DNA of 32,000 bases, from assembly GCF_016127575.1 (NCBI RefSeq), contig NZ_CP066019.1:1680001-1712000 (forward strand), in the 5' to 3' direction. The notes under the pieces are model-generated. The model did no database searches. It was not told where the DNA came from and saw only the letters and a list, made by a program, of their open reading frames with translations. Positions within the stretch are counted from its first letter, which is position 1; each line of letters opens with the position of its first letter. Positions 21,959 to 29,970 of the stretch are shown piece by piece. This stretch comes from Cupriavidus necator. GTDB lineage: Bacteria > Pseudomonadota > Gammaproteobacteria > Burkholderiales > Burkholderiaceae. A program made the translations under genes and the position numbers.

Positions 21959-21987
21959 CCGGGGCGGCGCTGCCCACGCCGCCCCGG
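21959..21987. terminator. Perfect 11-bp GC stem-loop between convergent higA and the serine-hydrolase gene
   Basis: CCGGGGCGGCG-CTGCCCA-CGCCGCCCCGG lies between stop codons at 21946 (+) and 21998 (-). No strong U-tract on either side. Confidence 0.5.
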
Positions 21988-21997
21988 GGCCATCTCC

Positions 21998-23368
21998 CTA
22001 TCGCATCAGCGTTTCCGCCAGCGCCCGGAAAGCACGGAACGTGATCGGATTGTTGGCCGCGTTGCCGGCCACGGGGTGCGACGCGTATCGCACGATGGTC
22101 AGCTCGGCCTTGGGGTCGATATAGATGCGCTGGCCATGGATGCCGGCGGCCTGGAACATGCCGTGGCTGTCGTGCGAGACCCACCACATGTCGCGATAGC
22201 TCCAGCCCGGCAGCACCGGCGCGCTGGCCGACCTGGCAAACTGGTCCCGGTCGCCGCCGCTGCGGATATCCGCCACGACCGAGGCCGGAATGATCTGCTT
22301 GCCATTGAAGCGCCCGTTGCCGCGGATGGTCTCGCCAAAGCGCGCAAGGTCGCGCAGCGTGGTGTTCAGCCCGCCGCCGCCCGACTCCGTGCCGATGCTG
22401 TCCACGGTGAAGTACGCATCCTGCTCCGCGCCCATCGGTTGCCAGATCCGCTCCGAGAGCAGCTTGGCCAGCGACTGACCCGAGGCCCTGCGCACGATCC
22501 ACGCCAGCACCTCGGCATTGACCGTCTTGTAGGCAAACACCGCATTGTGGTCGCCTTCCTTCTGCAGGGTCTTCAGGAAGTCGTAGAACGTCCCCGGGCC
22601 GCTGTAGCCCGCCGGGCGGGCCAGCATGCCGCCCGCACGCGCGTAGTCCCACACCTCTGCCTTGGGATTGGCATAGTCCTCGGAGTAGCGCACGCCGATG
22701 GTCATGTCCATGACCTGCCGCACCGTGGCGTCACCGTAGGCCGTGCCAGCCAGTTCGGGCAGGTAGCGCGTCACCGATGCCGCCGGGTCGAGCTTGCCGT
22801 CGGCCGCGAGCATCGCGGCCAGCGTGCCGACAAATGACTTCGTGACCGACATGGCGATATGGGGCGTGTGCCCGTCGAGCGCGCCGAAATAGCGCTCATA
22901 GATGACCTTGCCCTTGTGCATCACCAGGATGCCGTCGGTGTAGGTCAGCGCCAGCATCTCGTCGAAGGTGCGGCGGGTGCCGTCCGCATCGGTGAACTGC
23001 ACCGAGCCGACATCCCGTTCCGCACGCGGCAGCGCGCTGGCCGGGCCGGCGCCGCGCCAGACGGACGCGGTCGGCACCAGTTCTCGGATATGCGAGAACA
23101 GCCAGCGATTGCGCGGAAACCTGTCGGCGCCCGGCGTATGCGTGATCAGCTTGTCCGGCGGCGGCGGGAAGCCCTGCATCCAGCCCAGGCGGTTCGGGTC
23201 GCTGTCCAGCGCTGCGACCAGGGTCGGCGCCGCGGCTGCCGGGGCGGCCACACTCCCGGCAGCGCTGCCGGCGCTCTGGCTCCAGGCCGGCAGGCTGGCC
23301 GCGCACAGCGCCATGCATGCCAGGCGGCGCCAGGGGCGCGAGGATTCCGGATAGGTCTTCAACGACAT
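21998..23368 (-). CDS. Secreted serine hydrolase, beta-lactamase/transpeptidase-like fold (class C / 6-aminohexanoate-dimer-hydrolase-like)
   Basis: ATG at 23368 preceded by AAGGAGA. Signal-like N-terminus ...RRLACMALCAASLPAWSQS. S-x-x-K active-site motif in MSVTKSFVGTLAAMLAADGKLD. 456 aa. The longer listed start (23431) overlaps the marR stop region without an SD. Confidence 0.82.
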   Translation of the reverse strand: MSLKTYPESSRPWRRLACMALCAASLPAWSQSAGSAAGSVAAPAAAAPTLVAALDSDPNRLGWMQGFPPPPDKLITHTPGADRFPRNRWLFSHIRELVPTASVWRGAGPASALPRAERDVGSVQFTDADGTRRTFDEMLALTYTDGILVMHKGKVIYERYFGALDGHTPHIAMSVTKSFVGTLAAMLAADGKLDPAASVTRYLPELAGTAYGDATVRQVMDMTIGVRYSEDYANPKAEVWDYARAGGMLARPAGYSGPGTFYDFLKTLQKEGDHNAVFAYKTVNAEVLAWIVRRASGQSLAKLLSERIWQPMGAEQDAYFTVDSIGTESGGGGLNTTLRDLARFGETIRGNGRFNGKQIIPASVVADIRSGGDRDQFARSASAPVLPGWSYRDMWWVSHDSHGMFQAAGIHGQRIYIDPKAELTIVRYASHPVAGNAANNPITFRAFRALAETLMR

Positions 23369-23414
23369 GCTGTCTCCTTGCTTTGTTTTGTTTGAGGGAT
23401 TGCCGCGCGCGGGG

Positions 23415-23894
23415 CTAGCCAGCCTGCGCATCCGCGCCCTGCTGGTGCTCGATCAAGGCCGCGGTCAGCTTGTCGATGCAGCGGTCCAGCGTCTGCACTT
23501 CCGCTTCCGTCAGCACCGAGAGGAACATCTTCTCCAGCATGTCGCCGCGCTGGTACGTCCGTGCGACCAGTGCTTCGCCCGCCGCGGTCAGGTAAAGGTT
23601 CAGCTGCCTGGCGTCGGCCTCGCCGACTTCACGGCGCAGCAGGCCCCGCTTTGCCAGCGCGGTGACCAGCTTGGAAGTCACCGTTTTCTCCAGCAACACC
23701 AGTTCGATCAGGCGCGTCAGCGTCAGGCCCGGCTCCAGCCCGGCAAAACGCAGCACACGCAACTCCCGCAGGCCGATGCCGAACTCGCGCTCGTAAAAGC
23801 CGGAGGCGGAACTCTTGGTCATTTCGCAAAGGCGGTTCAGGCGAAACGACATGAATTCCAGGATGGAATCGGTGGTGCTGGCAGTGTTGGACAT
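23415..23894 (-). CDS. MarR-family transcriptional regulator
   Basis: 159 aa with a winged-HTH core LRVLRFAGLEPGLTLTRLIELVLLEKTVTSKLVTALAKRGLLRREVGEADARQLNLYLTAAG. Lies 46 nt upstream of and co-directional with the hydrolase gene. Confidence 0.9.
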   Translation of the reverse strand: MSNTASTTDSILEFMSFRLNRLCEMTKSSASGFYEREFGIGLRELRVLRFAGLEPGLTLTRLIELVLLEKTVTSKLVTALAKRGLLRREVGEADARQLNLYLTAAGEALVARTYQRGDMLEKMFLSVLTEAEVQTLDRCIDKLTAALIEHQQGADAQAG

Positions 23895-23917
23895 GGGAAC
23901 GGGTGATCAGGCGGCCG

Positions 23918-23950
23918 ATAGATTCTATGGGCAATAGTTTCCATGAGCAA
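23918..23950 (-). promoter_or_regulatory. Candidate sigma-70 promoter of marR with overlapping palindromic operator
   Basis: On the minus strand: TTGCTC (complement of 23945-23950), a 17-nt spacer, then TAGAAT (complement of 23922-23927). The perfect palindrome ATAGATTCTAT (23918-23928) overlaps the -10, as expected for MarR autoregulation. Confidence 0.4.
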
Positions 23951-23991
23951 CTAACCAAGGGTAAGTACGGTTCTTCGCGCGATCGCCGGGC

Positions 23992-24030
23992 AAAAGAAAA
24001 GGCCCGCCCCAGGATTCCTGGCAGCGGGCC
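23992..24030 (-). terminator. Rho-independent terminator of ribA
   Basis: Minus-strand GGCCCGCTGCCAGG-AAT-CCTGGGGCGGGCC followed by TTTTCTTTTG, about 40 nt after the ribA stop. A second stem CAGGCAGC-N6-GCTGCCTG (24035-24056) lies just before it. Confidence 0.7.
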
Positions 24031-24072
24031 GGTCCAGGCAGCGCGGCGGCTGCCTGCAGCGCTCAAGCGCGA

Positions 24073-24669
24073 TCAATCGAGCAGGTGCCCCATGCGCGTG
24101 CGCTTCGTAGCCAGGTACTTCTCGTTCTCGGCGTTGGACGGCACGATGTGGCGCAACTGCTCGGTAACCGTGATGCCGGCCTTCTCGAGCGCTGCGGCCT
24201 TGAGCGGATTGTTGCTCATCAGGCGCACGGACTTGACGCCCCACTGGTGCAGCAGGTCGGCGGCGAAGGCGTAGTTGCGTGCGTCGATCGCCTGGCCCAG
24301 GGCCAGGTTGGCGTCGACCGTGTCGAGCCCGCCGTCTTGCAGGCGGTAGGCGCGGATCTTCTCGGCCAGGCCAATGCCGCGGCCTTCATGCCCGCGCAGG
24401 TACAGCAGGATGCCGCGACCTTCGGCGGCAATCTTTTCCATGGCGAGCTCGAGCTGCGGACCGCAGTCGCACCGGCAGGAACCGAAGACGTCGCCGGTCA
24501 GGCATTCGGAATGCATGCGGATCAGGACGCCATCGCCCGTCACATCGCCCACGCTGAGGGCCAGGTGTTCGATGCCTGAATCGGCGCCCTTGAAGGCGTG
24601 CGCCGTAAAGTCGCCGAATCGCGTCGGCAGGCGCGCCGAGTCGATCAGCTCAATTTCTGTGTCATTCAT
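24073..24669 (-). CDS. ribA: GTP cyclohydrolase II
   Basis: RMHSECLTGDVFGSCRCDCGPQLE (zinc cysteines), GILLYLRGHEGRGIGL, MSNNPLK and KRTRMGHLL are collinear with E. coli RibA. ATG 24669 gives an N-terminus (MNDTEIELIDSARLPT) that aligns with the RibA start. The listed TTG 24687 would overlap the upstream hairpin U-tract. Confidence 0.94.
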   Translation of the reverse strand: MNDTEIELIDSARLPTRFGDFTAHAFKGADSGIEHLALSVGDVTGDGVLIRMHSECLTGDVFGSCRCDCGPQLELAMEKIAAEGRGILLYLRGHEGRGIGLAEKIRAYRLQDGGLDTVDANLALGQAIDARNYAFAADLLHQWGVKSVRLMSNNPLKAAALEKAGITVTEQLRHIVPSNAENEKYLATKRTRMGHLLD

Positions 24670-24685
24670 ACCGGAATTCTTGGTC

Positions 24686-24714
24686 AAAAGGCGGGGGCGC
24701 GGCCCGGCACCGCC
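24686..24714 (-). promoter_or_regulatory. Terminator-like hairpin plus U4 immediately upstream of the ribA start (attenuator or sRNA 3' end candidate)
   Basis: Minus-strand GGCGGUGCCGGGCCGCGCCCCCGCC (5-bp outer stem and 4-bp inner stem with a 4-nt bulge) followed by UUUU, ending 17 nt before ATG 24669. Confidence 0.4.
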
Positions 24715-24937
24715 GACATTATGAGCGGAATTGCACCTTCGCGCTCGGATTCCCCGCCGTGGCGGGGCGGGACGGCCGTCGGCGAAGTCCTACAGCAGTA
24801 CGCGCAATCCCCTTATGCAGCCGCTTCAAGCGGGTCGGTAGACTCGGTTTACAGGACATCGCCGGAGCCGTTCCAGGCGACAAAAAGCGCAGTGCGCATC
24901 ACCTGACGGCGGCCCCCGGCCCCAGCAGGAGCAGGCC

Positions 24938-25468
24938 ATGACCGGTAATCCCTTGAACGCTGAGCAAGCCAGTACCAAGATCGCAGCACTGTTCGATACC
25001 AGGTCGGCAGCCAACGACGCCGCCGAACGGGTCTGCCATGAGGCCCATCTCCGGCGCGGGCAGGTGCGGCTGGTGCATCCATACGAAGCGCACTTCGGCC
25101 GCAAGCTGGAGCCCGAGAACGACGCCATCGCGCGCACCGCGGTGCGCTCGCACCTGATGATGGGTACGCTGGGCGCGGTGGTCGGGCTGGCCATTGTCGG
25201 CATCCTGCACCGGCAGGGAGTCGAGGCCGTCATGGACAGCCCGGGATTCGCAATCGGGGCGGCCCTCTTTCTGGGCATGGTGTTCGGCATGCTGTTGGCG
25301 GGGCTGGTGACCGCACGACCGGACCATCAACTGGTAATAACGCCGGTGCGTGAGGCCGTGCAGCATGGCCGCTGGGCGCTACTGGTACACCCGACCACGC
25401 CGCAGCAATGCAACGAGGCTATGCGCGCGCTGCGCAATACCACCGCCGAGGTGCTCAGGACAGCCTGA
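24938..25468 (+). CDS. Hypothetical membrane protein, two Gly-rich TM helices flanked by small soluble domains (general-stress/DUF1269-like architecture)
   Basis: ATG at 24938 with AGGAG 7 nt upstream (cagcAGGAGcaggccATG). TM segments are MMGTLGAVVGLAIVGIL and FAIGAALFLGMVFGMLLAGLV. The N-terminal IAALFDTRSAANDAAERV... resembles the small alpha/beta head of YflT/DUF1269-type stress proteins; this is from recollection and is not verified. Confidence 0.65.
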   Translation: MTGNPLNAEQASTKIAALFDTRSAANDAAERVCHEAHLRRGQVRLVHPYEAHFGRKLEPENDAIARTAVRSHLMMGTLGAVVGLAIVGILHRQGVEAVMDSPGFAIGAALFLGMVFGMLLAGLVTARPDHQLVITPVREAVQHGRWALLVHPTTPQQCNEAMRALRNTTAEVLRTA

Positions 25469-25476
25469 CTAGCTGC

Positions 25477-25947
25477 TCAGGGCTCGACCGAAGGCTCGCG
25501 CTTGAGCGTGCGCAGCACAAAGGTCGAGCGGCTGTGGCGCAGGCCAGGCAGCTTGTATAGCTTGTGCCGCAGGAACTCCTCATAACCCAGGGTCCCCGCC
25601 ACGGCGACCTTGATCAGGTAGTCATATTCGCCCGTCAGCAAGTGGGCCTCCATCACCTCAGGCAATTCCGCCAGGGCCTTGCCGAAGCGGTACAGCATGT
25701 CGTCGTCGTGCCGCTCCAGCGTGACCTCGATCAGCACGGTATCCGGCAATCCCAGCGCCTTCTGGTTCAGCAGCGCGGCGTAGCCTTCGATCACCCCGCT
25801 TTCTTCCAGCGCGCGCACACGGTTCCAGCAGGGCGTGGCCGACAGGCCGACTTGCTCGGCCAGCCGCGCATTGGACAGGCGGCCATCGCGCCGCAGTTCA
25901 CGCAGGATGCGCCGGTCGGTGTCGTCGAGTTTGGGCGGCTGTGCCAT
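25477..25947 (-). CDS. Lrp/AsnC-family transcriptional regulator
   Basis: MAQPPKLDDTDRRILRELRRDGRLSNARLAEQVGLSATPCWNRVRALEESGVIEGY followed by a RAM/ACT-like C-domain. 156 aa from ATG 25947. The upstream 32 codons of the listed ORF are AT-rich intergenic sequence. Confidence 0.92.
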   Translation of the reverse strand: MAQPPKLDDTDRRILRELRRDGRLSNARLAEQVGLSATPCWNRVRALEESGVIEGYAALLNQKALGLPDTVLIEVTLERHDDDMLYRFGKALAELPEVMEAHLLTGEYDYLIKVAVAGTLGYEEFLRHKLYKLPGLRHSRSTFVLRTLKREPSVEP

Positions 25948-25967
25948 CGCAATATCTACAAGAAAAG

Positions 25968-26001
25968 AAACATCCTTATATTCTGCCATGAATGGATGTT
26001 T
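25968..26001. promoter_or_regulatory. 8-bp inverted repeat in the AT-rich divergent region (candidate Lrp-type operator)
   Basis: AAACATCC (25968-25975) and GGATGTTT (25994-26001) are separated by 18 nt. They lie within the AT-rich spacer between the Lrp-family gene and the divergent ORF at 26099. Confidence 0.3.
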
Positions 26002-26098
26002 ATTCTCCAATAGAAGCCATATCGAAGAAAATTTAGAAGCCAATTTTGCGTAACGGCTGGTAAATTTACCTTATCGAACGACCTGCCGGAAACAACAC

Positions 26099-26440
26099 AT
26101 GCCAGCCACCACCCTCCCCACCTTGCACCTCTCGCTGCGACTCGAAACCGCCGACCTGTTCGGCGCCATGGAATGGGTGCTGGCCAATGCGCGCCGTACC
26201 GGCCTGGCGCCCGCGCAACTCAGCTTCGACGCGGCCCGGCAGGCCGTGCTGCATGCCACCCTGACGGCGCAGGATGCCGGCCAGCTGTGGCTGTTCCTGC
26301 GCCGCCTCGACAATGGTTTCGACGTGGAACTGCTGTTTGCCGACGTGGATGACCCCGACAGCGACGCCGTGGCCGAGCCGGCACCGCGCGCCGCCATGCG
26401 CCGCACCAACAGTGAGCCGGCCCTGGCCCTGCCCGCGTGA
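26099..26440 (+). CDS. Hypothetical small protein (113 aa), possibly ACT-like
   Basis: Strong GC3 bias in this frame. Divergent from the Lrp-family gene, and its stop is 7 nt from the metR stop. The pattern LHLSLRLETADLFGAMEWVLANARRTGLAPAQLSF...LHATL...LWLFLRRLDNGFDV resembles IlvM-type small ACT subunits; the resemblance is weak and unverified. Only a weak SD (GGAAA). Confidence 0.5.
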   Translation: MPATTLPTLHLSLRLETADLFGAMEWVLANARRTGLAPAQLSFDAARQAVLHATLTAQDAGQLWLFLRRLDNGFDVELLFADVDDPDSDAVAEPAPRAAMRRTNSEPALALPA

Positions 26441-26447
26441 ACCGCGC

Positions 26448-27371
26448 CTAAGCAGCCTGCGGCAGCAGTTCGATCCCATCGAGCTGCGCCGCGCACGTAT
26501 CGCGCACGATCGAGACAAAGTCCGCCACGTAGGGCCTGCGCGCCATCGCCGCCGGCACCGTGGCATAGAGCTCGCTCCACAAGCCTCTGGCACCGATGCG
26601 CTTGGCCAGCACGTAGTCGTGGTCGACGTAGTTCTTCACCCCCCAGTTGGGCAGCGCCGCCACGCCGCGGCGGCTGGCTACCAGCTGCAGCACCGCCACC
26701 GTCAGTTCCGCCGTGCGCCGTTCCAGGTGGATGCCCGCGGGCTCCAGCACCTCGCGGATCAGGTCGATGCGCTGCTCGGGCACCGGATAGGTAATCAGCG
26801 TTTCGCCGGCCAGGTCTCCGGCTTCGATGCGGCGCTTGTTGCGCAGCCGGTGTTCATTGGCGATGACCGCCAGGATCTCGAAGCGGAACAGCGGCGCCAC
26901 CTCCAGCCCGCGTCGGGCCGCCGGCTGCGAGCCTATCACCATGTCGGCGCGGCCGTCGCTGAGCAGCGCGATCGGGTCGGCGTGGAAGCCCGCCACCAGA
27001 TCCACCTCCACTTCCGGCCAGCGGCGGCGGAACTCGTCCATCACGGGCATCAGCCAGTCGAAGCAGGTATGGCATTCCAGCACCACGCGCAGCTCGCCAC
27101 GGGTGTCGCCCTTGAGCCGTTCGATATCGCGGTCGGCGGCGCTGACCGCGGCCAGCACCTCGCGCGCCAGCGCCAGCAGGCGTTCGCCCGCCGGCGTGAA
27201 GCGCAGCCCCTGGCGCGTGCGGTCGAACAGCGGCAGGCCGTAGTGCGATTCGATCGCCTTGATCTGGTGCGACAGCGCTGACTGGCTGACATGCACGCGC
27301 TCGGCCGCGGTGGCCAGCTTGCCGGACTCGGCAATCGCCACCAGCGAGCGCAAATGGCGGACTTCGATCAT
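26448..27371 (-). CDS. metR: LysR-family regulator MetR
   Basis: N-terminal HTH MIEVRHLRSLVAIAESGKLATAAERVHVSQSALSHQIKAIE. Motif ECHTCFDWLMP is typical of MetR. Divergently adjacent to metE. Confidence 0.88.
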   Translation of the reverse strand: MIEVRHLRSLVAIAESGKLATAAERVHVSQSALSHQIKAIESHYGLPLFDRTRQGLRFTPAGERLLALAREVLAAVSAADRDIERLKGDTRGELRVVLECHTCFDWLMPVMDEFRRRWPEVEVDLVAGFHADPIALLSDGRADMVIGSQPAARRGLEVAPLFRFEILAVIANEHRLRNKRRIEAGDLAGETLITYPVPEQRIDLIREVLEPAGIHLERRTAELTVAVLQLVASRRGVAALPNWGVKNYVDHDYVLAKRIGARGLWSELYATVPAAMARRPYVADFVSIVRDTCAAQLDGIELLPQAA

Positions 27372-27404
27372 GCGGCGCCCCCAACCTGTTGCCCGTCTGT
27401 CTTG

Positions 27405-27423
27405 ATATGAAACTCATTCATAT
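27405..27423. promoter_or_regulatory. MetR-type operator palindrome
   Basis: ATATGAA-ACTCA-TTCATAT has perfect 7-bp arms and contains TGAA-N5-TTCA, the known MetR/LysR T-N11-A-type box. It lies in the AT-rich 130-nt metR-metE spacer. A half-site-like TGATTCA is at 27452-27458. Confidence 0.65.
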
Positions 27424-27501
27424 GTTGTTTAAAACTTGTCGCTTGATTCATTTTACGGGCAAACCGACACTGTGCGCCAGACATCTTCCGGAGCAACCTC
27501 C

Positions 27502-29880
27502 ATGGCACGCACCCATATCCTCGGCTTTCCCCGCATCGGCGAACGCCGCGAACTGAAATTTGCGCAAGAAGCGTTCTGGCGCGGCGATCGCACCGAAGCC
27601 GAGCTGCGCGACGTGGCCGCGCAACTGCGCCGCCGCCACTGGCAGCTGCAGGCCGACCGCGGCCTGGACACCGTGGCCACCGGCGACTTTGCCTATTACG
27701 ACCAGATGCTGAGCCTGACCGCGCTGCTGGGTGCGCTGCCGCGCCGCTTCGGCTTGGATCCGGCCCGGCTCACGCTGACGCAGTACTTCGAGCTGGCACG
27801 CGGCAACCGCGAGCAGCCGGCCATGGAAATGACCAAGTGGTTCGACACCAACTACCACTACCTGGTCCCGGAGCTGGACGCCGAGACCACTTTCGACGGC
27901 GGCCCGGCCTGGTTCTTCGAGGAAGCCGATGAGGCGCTGGCGCTTGGCCTGCGCGCCCGCCCGGTGCTGATCGGGCCGGTCACCTACCTGTGGCTGTCCA
28001 AGAGCCATGTGGCGGGCTTCGACCGCCTGGCCCTGCTGCCGCAACTGCTGCAGGGCTATCGCCGCATCCTCGACCAGCTCAAGGCGCGCGGCATCGAATG
28101 GGTGCAGATCGACGAGCCGGCCTTGTGCCTGGACCTGGAGCCGGCCTGGCTCGACGCATTCGACACCGCCTACGCTGCCTTGCGCGAAGCCGGCCCCAAG
28201 TTGCTGCTGGCCACCTATTTCGACACCGCCGCCGACCATGCGCAGCGCGCCGCCGCCCTGCCGGTCGACGGCTTCCATATCGACCTGGTGCGGGCGCCGG
28301 AACAACTGGCCGCATGGCAGGCCGCGCTGCCCGCGCACGCCGTGCTGTCGCTGGGCGTGATCGACGGCCGCAATATCTGGCGCACCGACCTGCGCCGAGT
28401 CCTGGACACGCTGCGCCCGGTGCAGGCCGCGCTGGGCGAGCGCCTGTGGCTGGCACCGTCGTGCTCGCTGCTGCATGTGCCGGTGTCGCTCGCGCATGAA
28501 GTGCGTCTCGATGTCGAGCTGAAGTCGTGGCTCGCCTTTGCCACCGAAAAGCTCGACGAGCTGTCCGTGCTGGGCCGCGCGTTGAATCAAGGCGACGCCG
28601 TGGTCGCCGAAGCGCTGGCAGCATCCGACGCCGCGCAGGCCTCGCGCCGCGCCTCGCGCCGGGTGGTCAACCCGCGGGTGCAGCAGCGGCTGGCAGCCGT
28701 GAGCGCCGGCATGGCCGACCGCGCCAGCCCCTTTGCCGAGCGCATCGAGCGCCAGCGCCAGGCGCTGCAGCTGCCGCTGTTGCCGACCACCACGATCGGC
28801 TCGTTCCCTCAGACCGCGGCCATCCGCCAGACCCGCGCCGCGTTCAAGCGTGGCGAGATCGGCGCGCTCGAATACCTGGAGCGCATCCGTGCCGAGATCG
28901 CGGTGGCCGTGCGCAAGCAGGAAGCACTGGGCCTGGACGTGCTGGTGCACGGCGAAGCCGAGCGCAACGACATGGTCGAGTACTTCGGCGAGCAGCTGTG
29001 CGGCTACGGCTTTACCGAGAACGGCTGGGTGCAGAGCTATGGCTCGCGCTGCGTCAAGCCGCCGGTGATCTACGGCGACGTGTACCGGCCCGAGCCGATG
29101 ACGGTCGATACCGCCCGCTACGCGCAATCGCTGACCGAGCGGCCGATGAAGGGCATGCTCACCGGCCCCATCACCATGCTGCAGTGGTCCTTCGTGCGCG
29201 ACGACCAGCCGCGTGCCACCACCGCGCGCCAGCTGGCCCTGGCCATCCGCGACGAAGTGTGCGACCTGGAGCAGGCCGGCATCCGCGTGATCCAGATCGA
29301 CGAGCCCGCGCTGCGCGAAGGCCTGCCGCTGCGCCGTGCCGACTGGGATGCCTACCTGGACTGGGCCGTCACTGCCTTCCGCCTGTCGGCCAGCGGCGTG
29401 CAGGACCAGACCCAGATCCACACGCATATGTGCTATGCCGAGTTCAACGATATCCTGCCCGCCATCGCGGCCATGGACGCGGACGTGATCACCATCGAGA
29501 CCTCGCGCTCGGCGATGGAACTGCTGGAAGGCTTCGGCGACTTCGACTACCCGAACGAGATCGGGCCGGGTGTCTACGACATCCACTCGCCGCGCGTGCC
29601 GTCGGTGCAGGCCATGGAGCGGCTGCTCGACCGCGCCTGCGAGGTGGTGCCGCCGCAGCGGCTGTGGGTCAACCCGGACTGCGGCCTGAAGACGCGCGGC
29701 TGGGAAGAGACCGAAGCAGCGCTGGCCAATATGGTCAGCGCGGCCCGCGCGCTGCGCGCGCGGCTGTCGGCGCGGGGCGCAACGACCTGGAAGCGCCTCA
29801 GCAAGCCTGCAGCCGCCACCGCCGCGGCAGTGCCCCACGCCGGCAACGCCTGCACGGCCTGCGCCACGCACGCGAACTGA
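27502..29880 (+). CDS. metE: Cobalamin-independent methionine synthase
   Basis: In-frame ATG at 27502 (GGAG at 27489-27492). N-terminus [26 protein letters not shown]. Zinc-site motifs HTHMCYAEF and NPDCGLKTR. 792 aa, including a ~37-aa tail beyond the usual C-terminus. Confidence 0.96.
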   Translation: MARTHILGFPRIGERRELKFAQEAFWRGDRTEAELRDVAAQLRRRHWQLQADRGLDTVATGDFAYYDQMLSLTALLGALPRRFGLDPARLTLTQYFELARGNREQPAMEMTKWFDTNYHYLVPELDAETTFDGGPAWFFEEADEALALGLRARPVLIGPVTYLWLSKSHVAGFDRLALLPQLLQGYRRILDQLKARGIEWVQIDEPALCLDLEPAWLDAFDTAYAALREAGPKLLLATYFDTAADHAQRAAALPVDGFHIDLVRAPEQLAAWQAALPAHAVLSLGVIDGRNIWRTDLRRVLDTLRPVQAALGERLWLAPSCSLLHVPVSLAHEVRLDVELKSWLAFATEKLDELSVLGRALNQGDAVVAEALAASDAAQASRRASRRVVNPRVQQRLAAVSAGMADRASPFAERIERQRQALQLPLLPTTTIGSFPQTAAIRQTRAAFKRGEIGALEYLERIRAEIAVAVRKQEALGLDVLVHGEAERNDMVEYFGEQLCGYGFTENGWVQSYGSRCVKPPVIYGDVYRPEPMTVDTARYAQSLTERPMKGMLTGPITMLQWSFVRDDQPRATTARQLALAIRDEVCDLEQAGIRVIQIDEPALREGLPLRRADWDAYLDWAVTAFRLSASGVQDQTQIHTHMCYAEFNDILPAIAAMDADVITIETSRSAMELLEGFGDFDYPNEIGPGVYDIHSPRVPSVQAMERLLDRACEVVPPQRLWVNPDCGLKTRGWEETEAALANMVSAARALRARLSARGATTWKRLSKPAAATAAAVPHAGNACTACATHAN

Positions 29881-29913
29881 GACGGCGTAGCGCCAATTGC
29901 GCTGGCAGGAAAA

Positions 29914-29954
29914 GACAAAGGCCGCATGCCCCTCACAGGCATGCGGCCTTTGTC
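29914..29954. terminator. Bidirectional rho-independent terminator (perfect 17-bp stem)
   Basis: GACAAAGGCCGCATGCC-CCTCACA-GGCATGCGGCCTTTGTC lies between convergent metE (+) and the DUF1254/DUF1214 gene (-). It has a TTTT tract on the minus-strand side and TTTGTCCT on the plus side. Confidence 0.78.
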
Positions 29955-29970
29955 CTCGATGGCGGCCTCG

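Noticed and set aside
24752-24767. Guanidine-II (mini-ykkC)-like hairpin: CCCCGCC ACGG-type loop on the minus strand.
   Set aside because: With ACGG as the tetraloop, the closing pair would be C-C. There is no second tandem hairpin with an ACGR loop, and no associated transporter gene.
24700-24900. FMN (RFN) riboswitch in the region upstream of ribA.
   Set aside because: Only scattered junction-like fragments are present (GGUGCAAUUCC, CGGCGGU, GCCGACGG). Their order is inverted relative to the RFN consensus, and the remaining half would have to lie inside the ribA coding sequence. Reported instead as an unassigned structured region.
27372-27501. Cobalamin riboswitch upstream of metE.
   Set aside because: The whole metR-metE spacer is only 130 nt, AT-rich and occupied by a MetR-type palindrome. 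There is no room for a ~200-nt B12 aptamer, and no B12-box-like sequence was seen.
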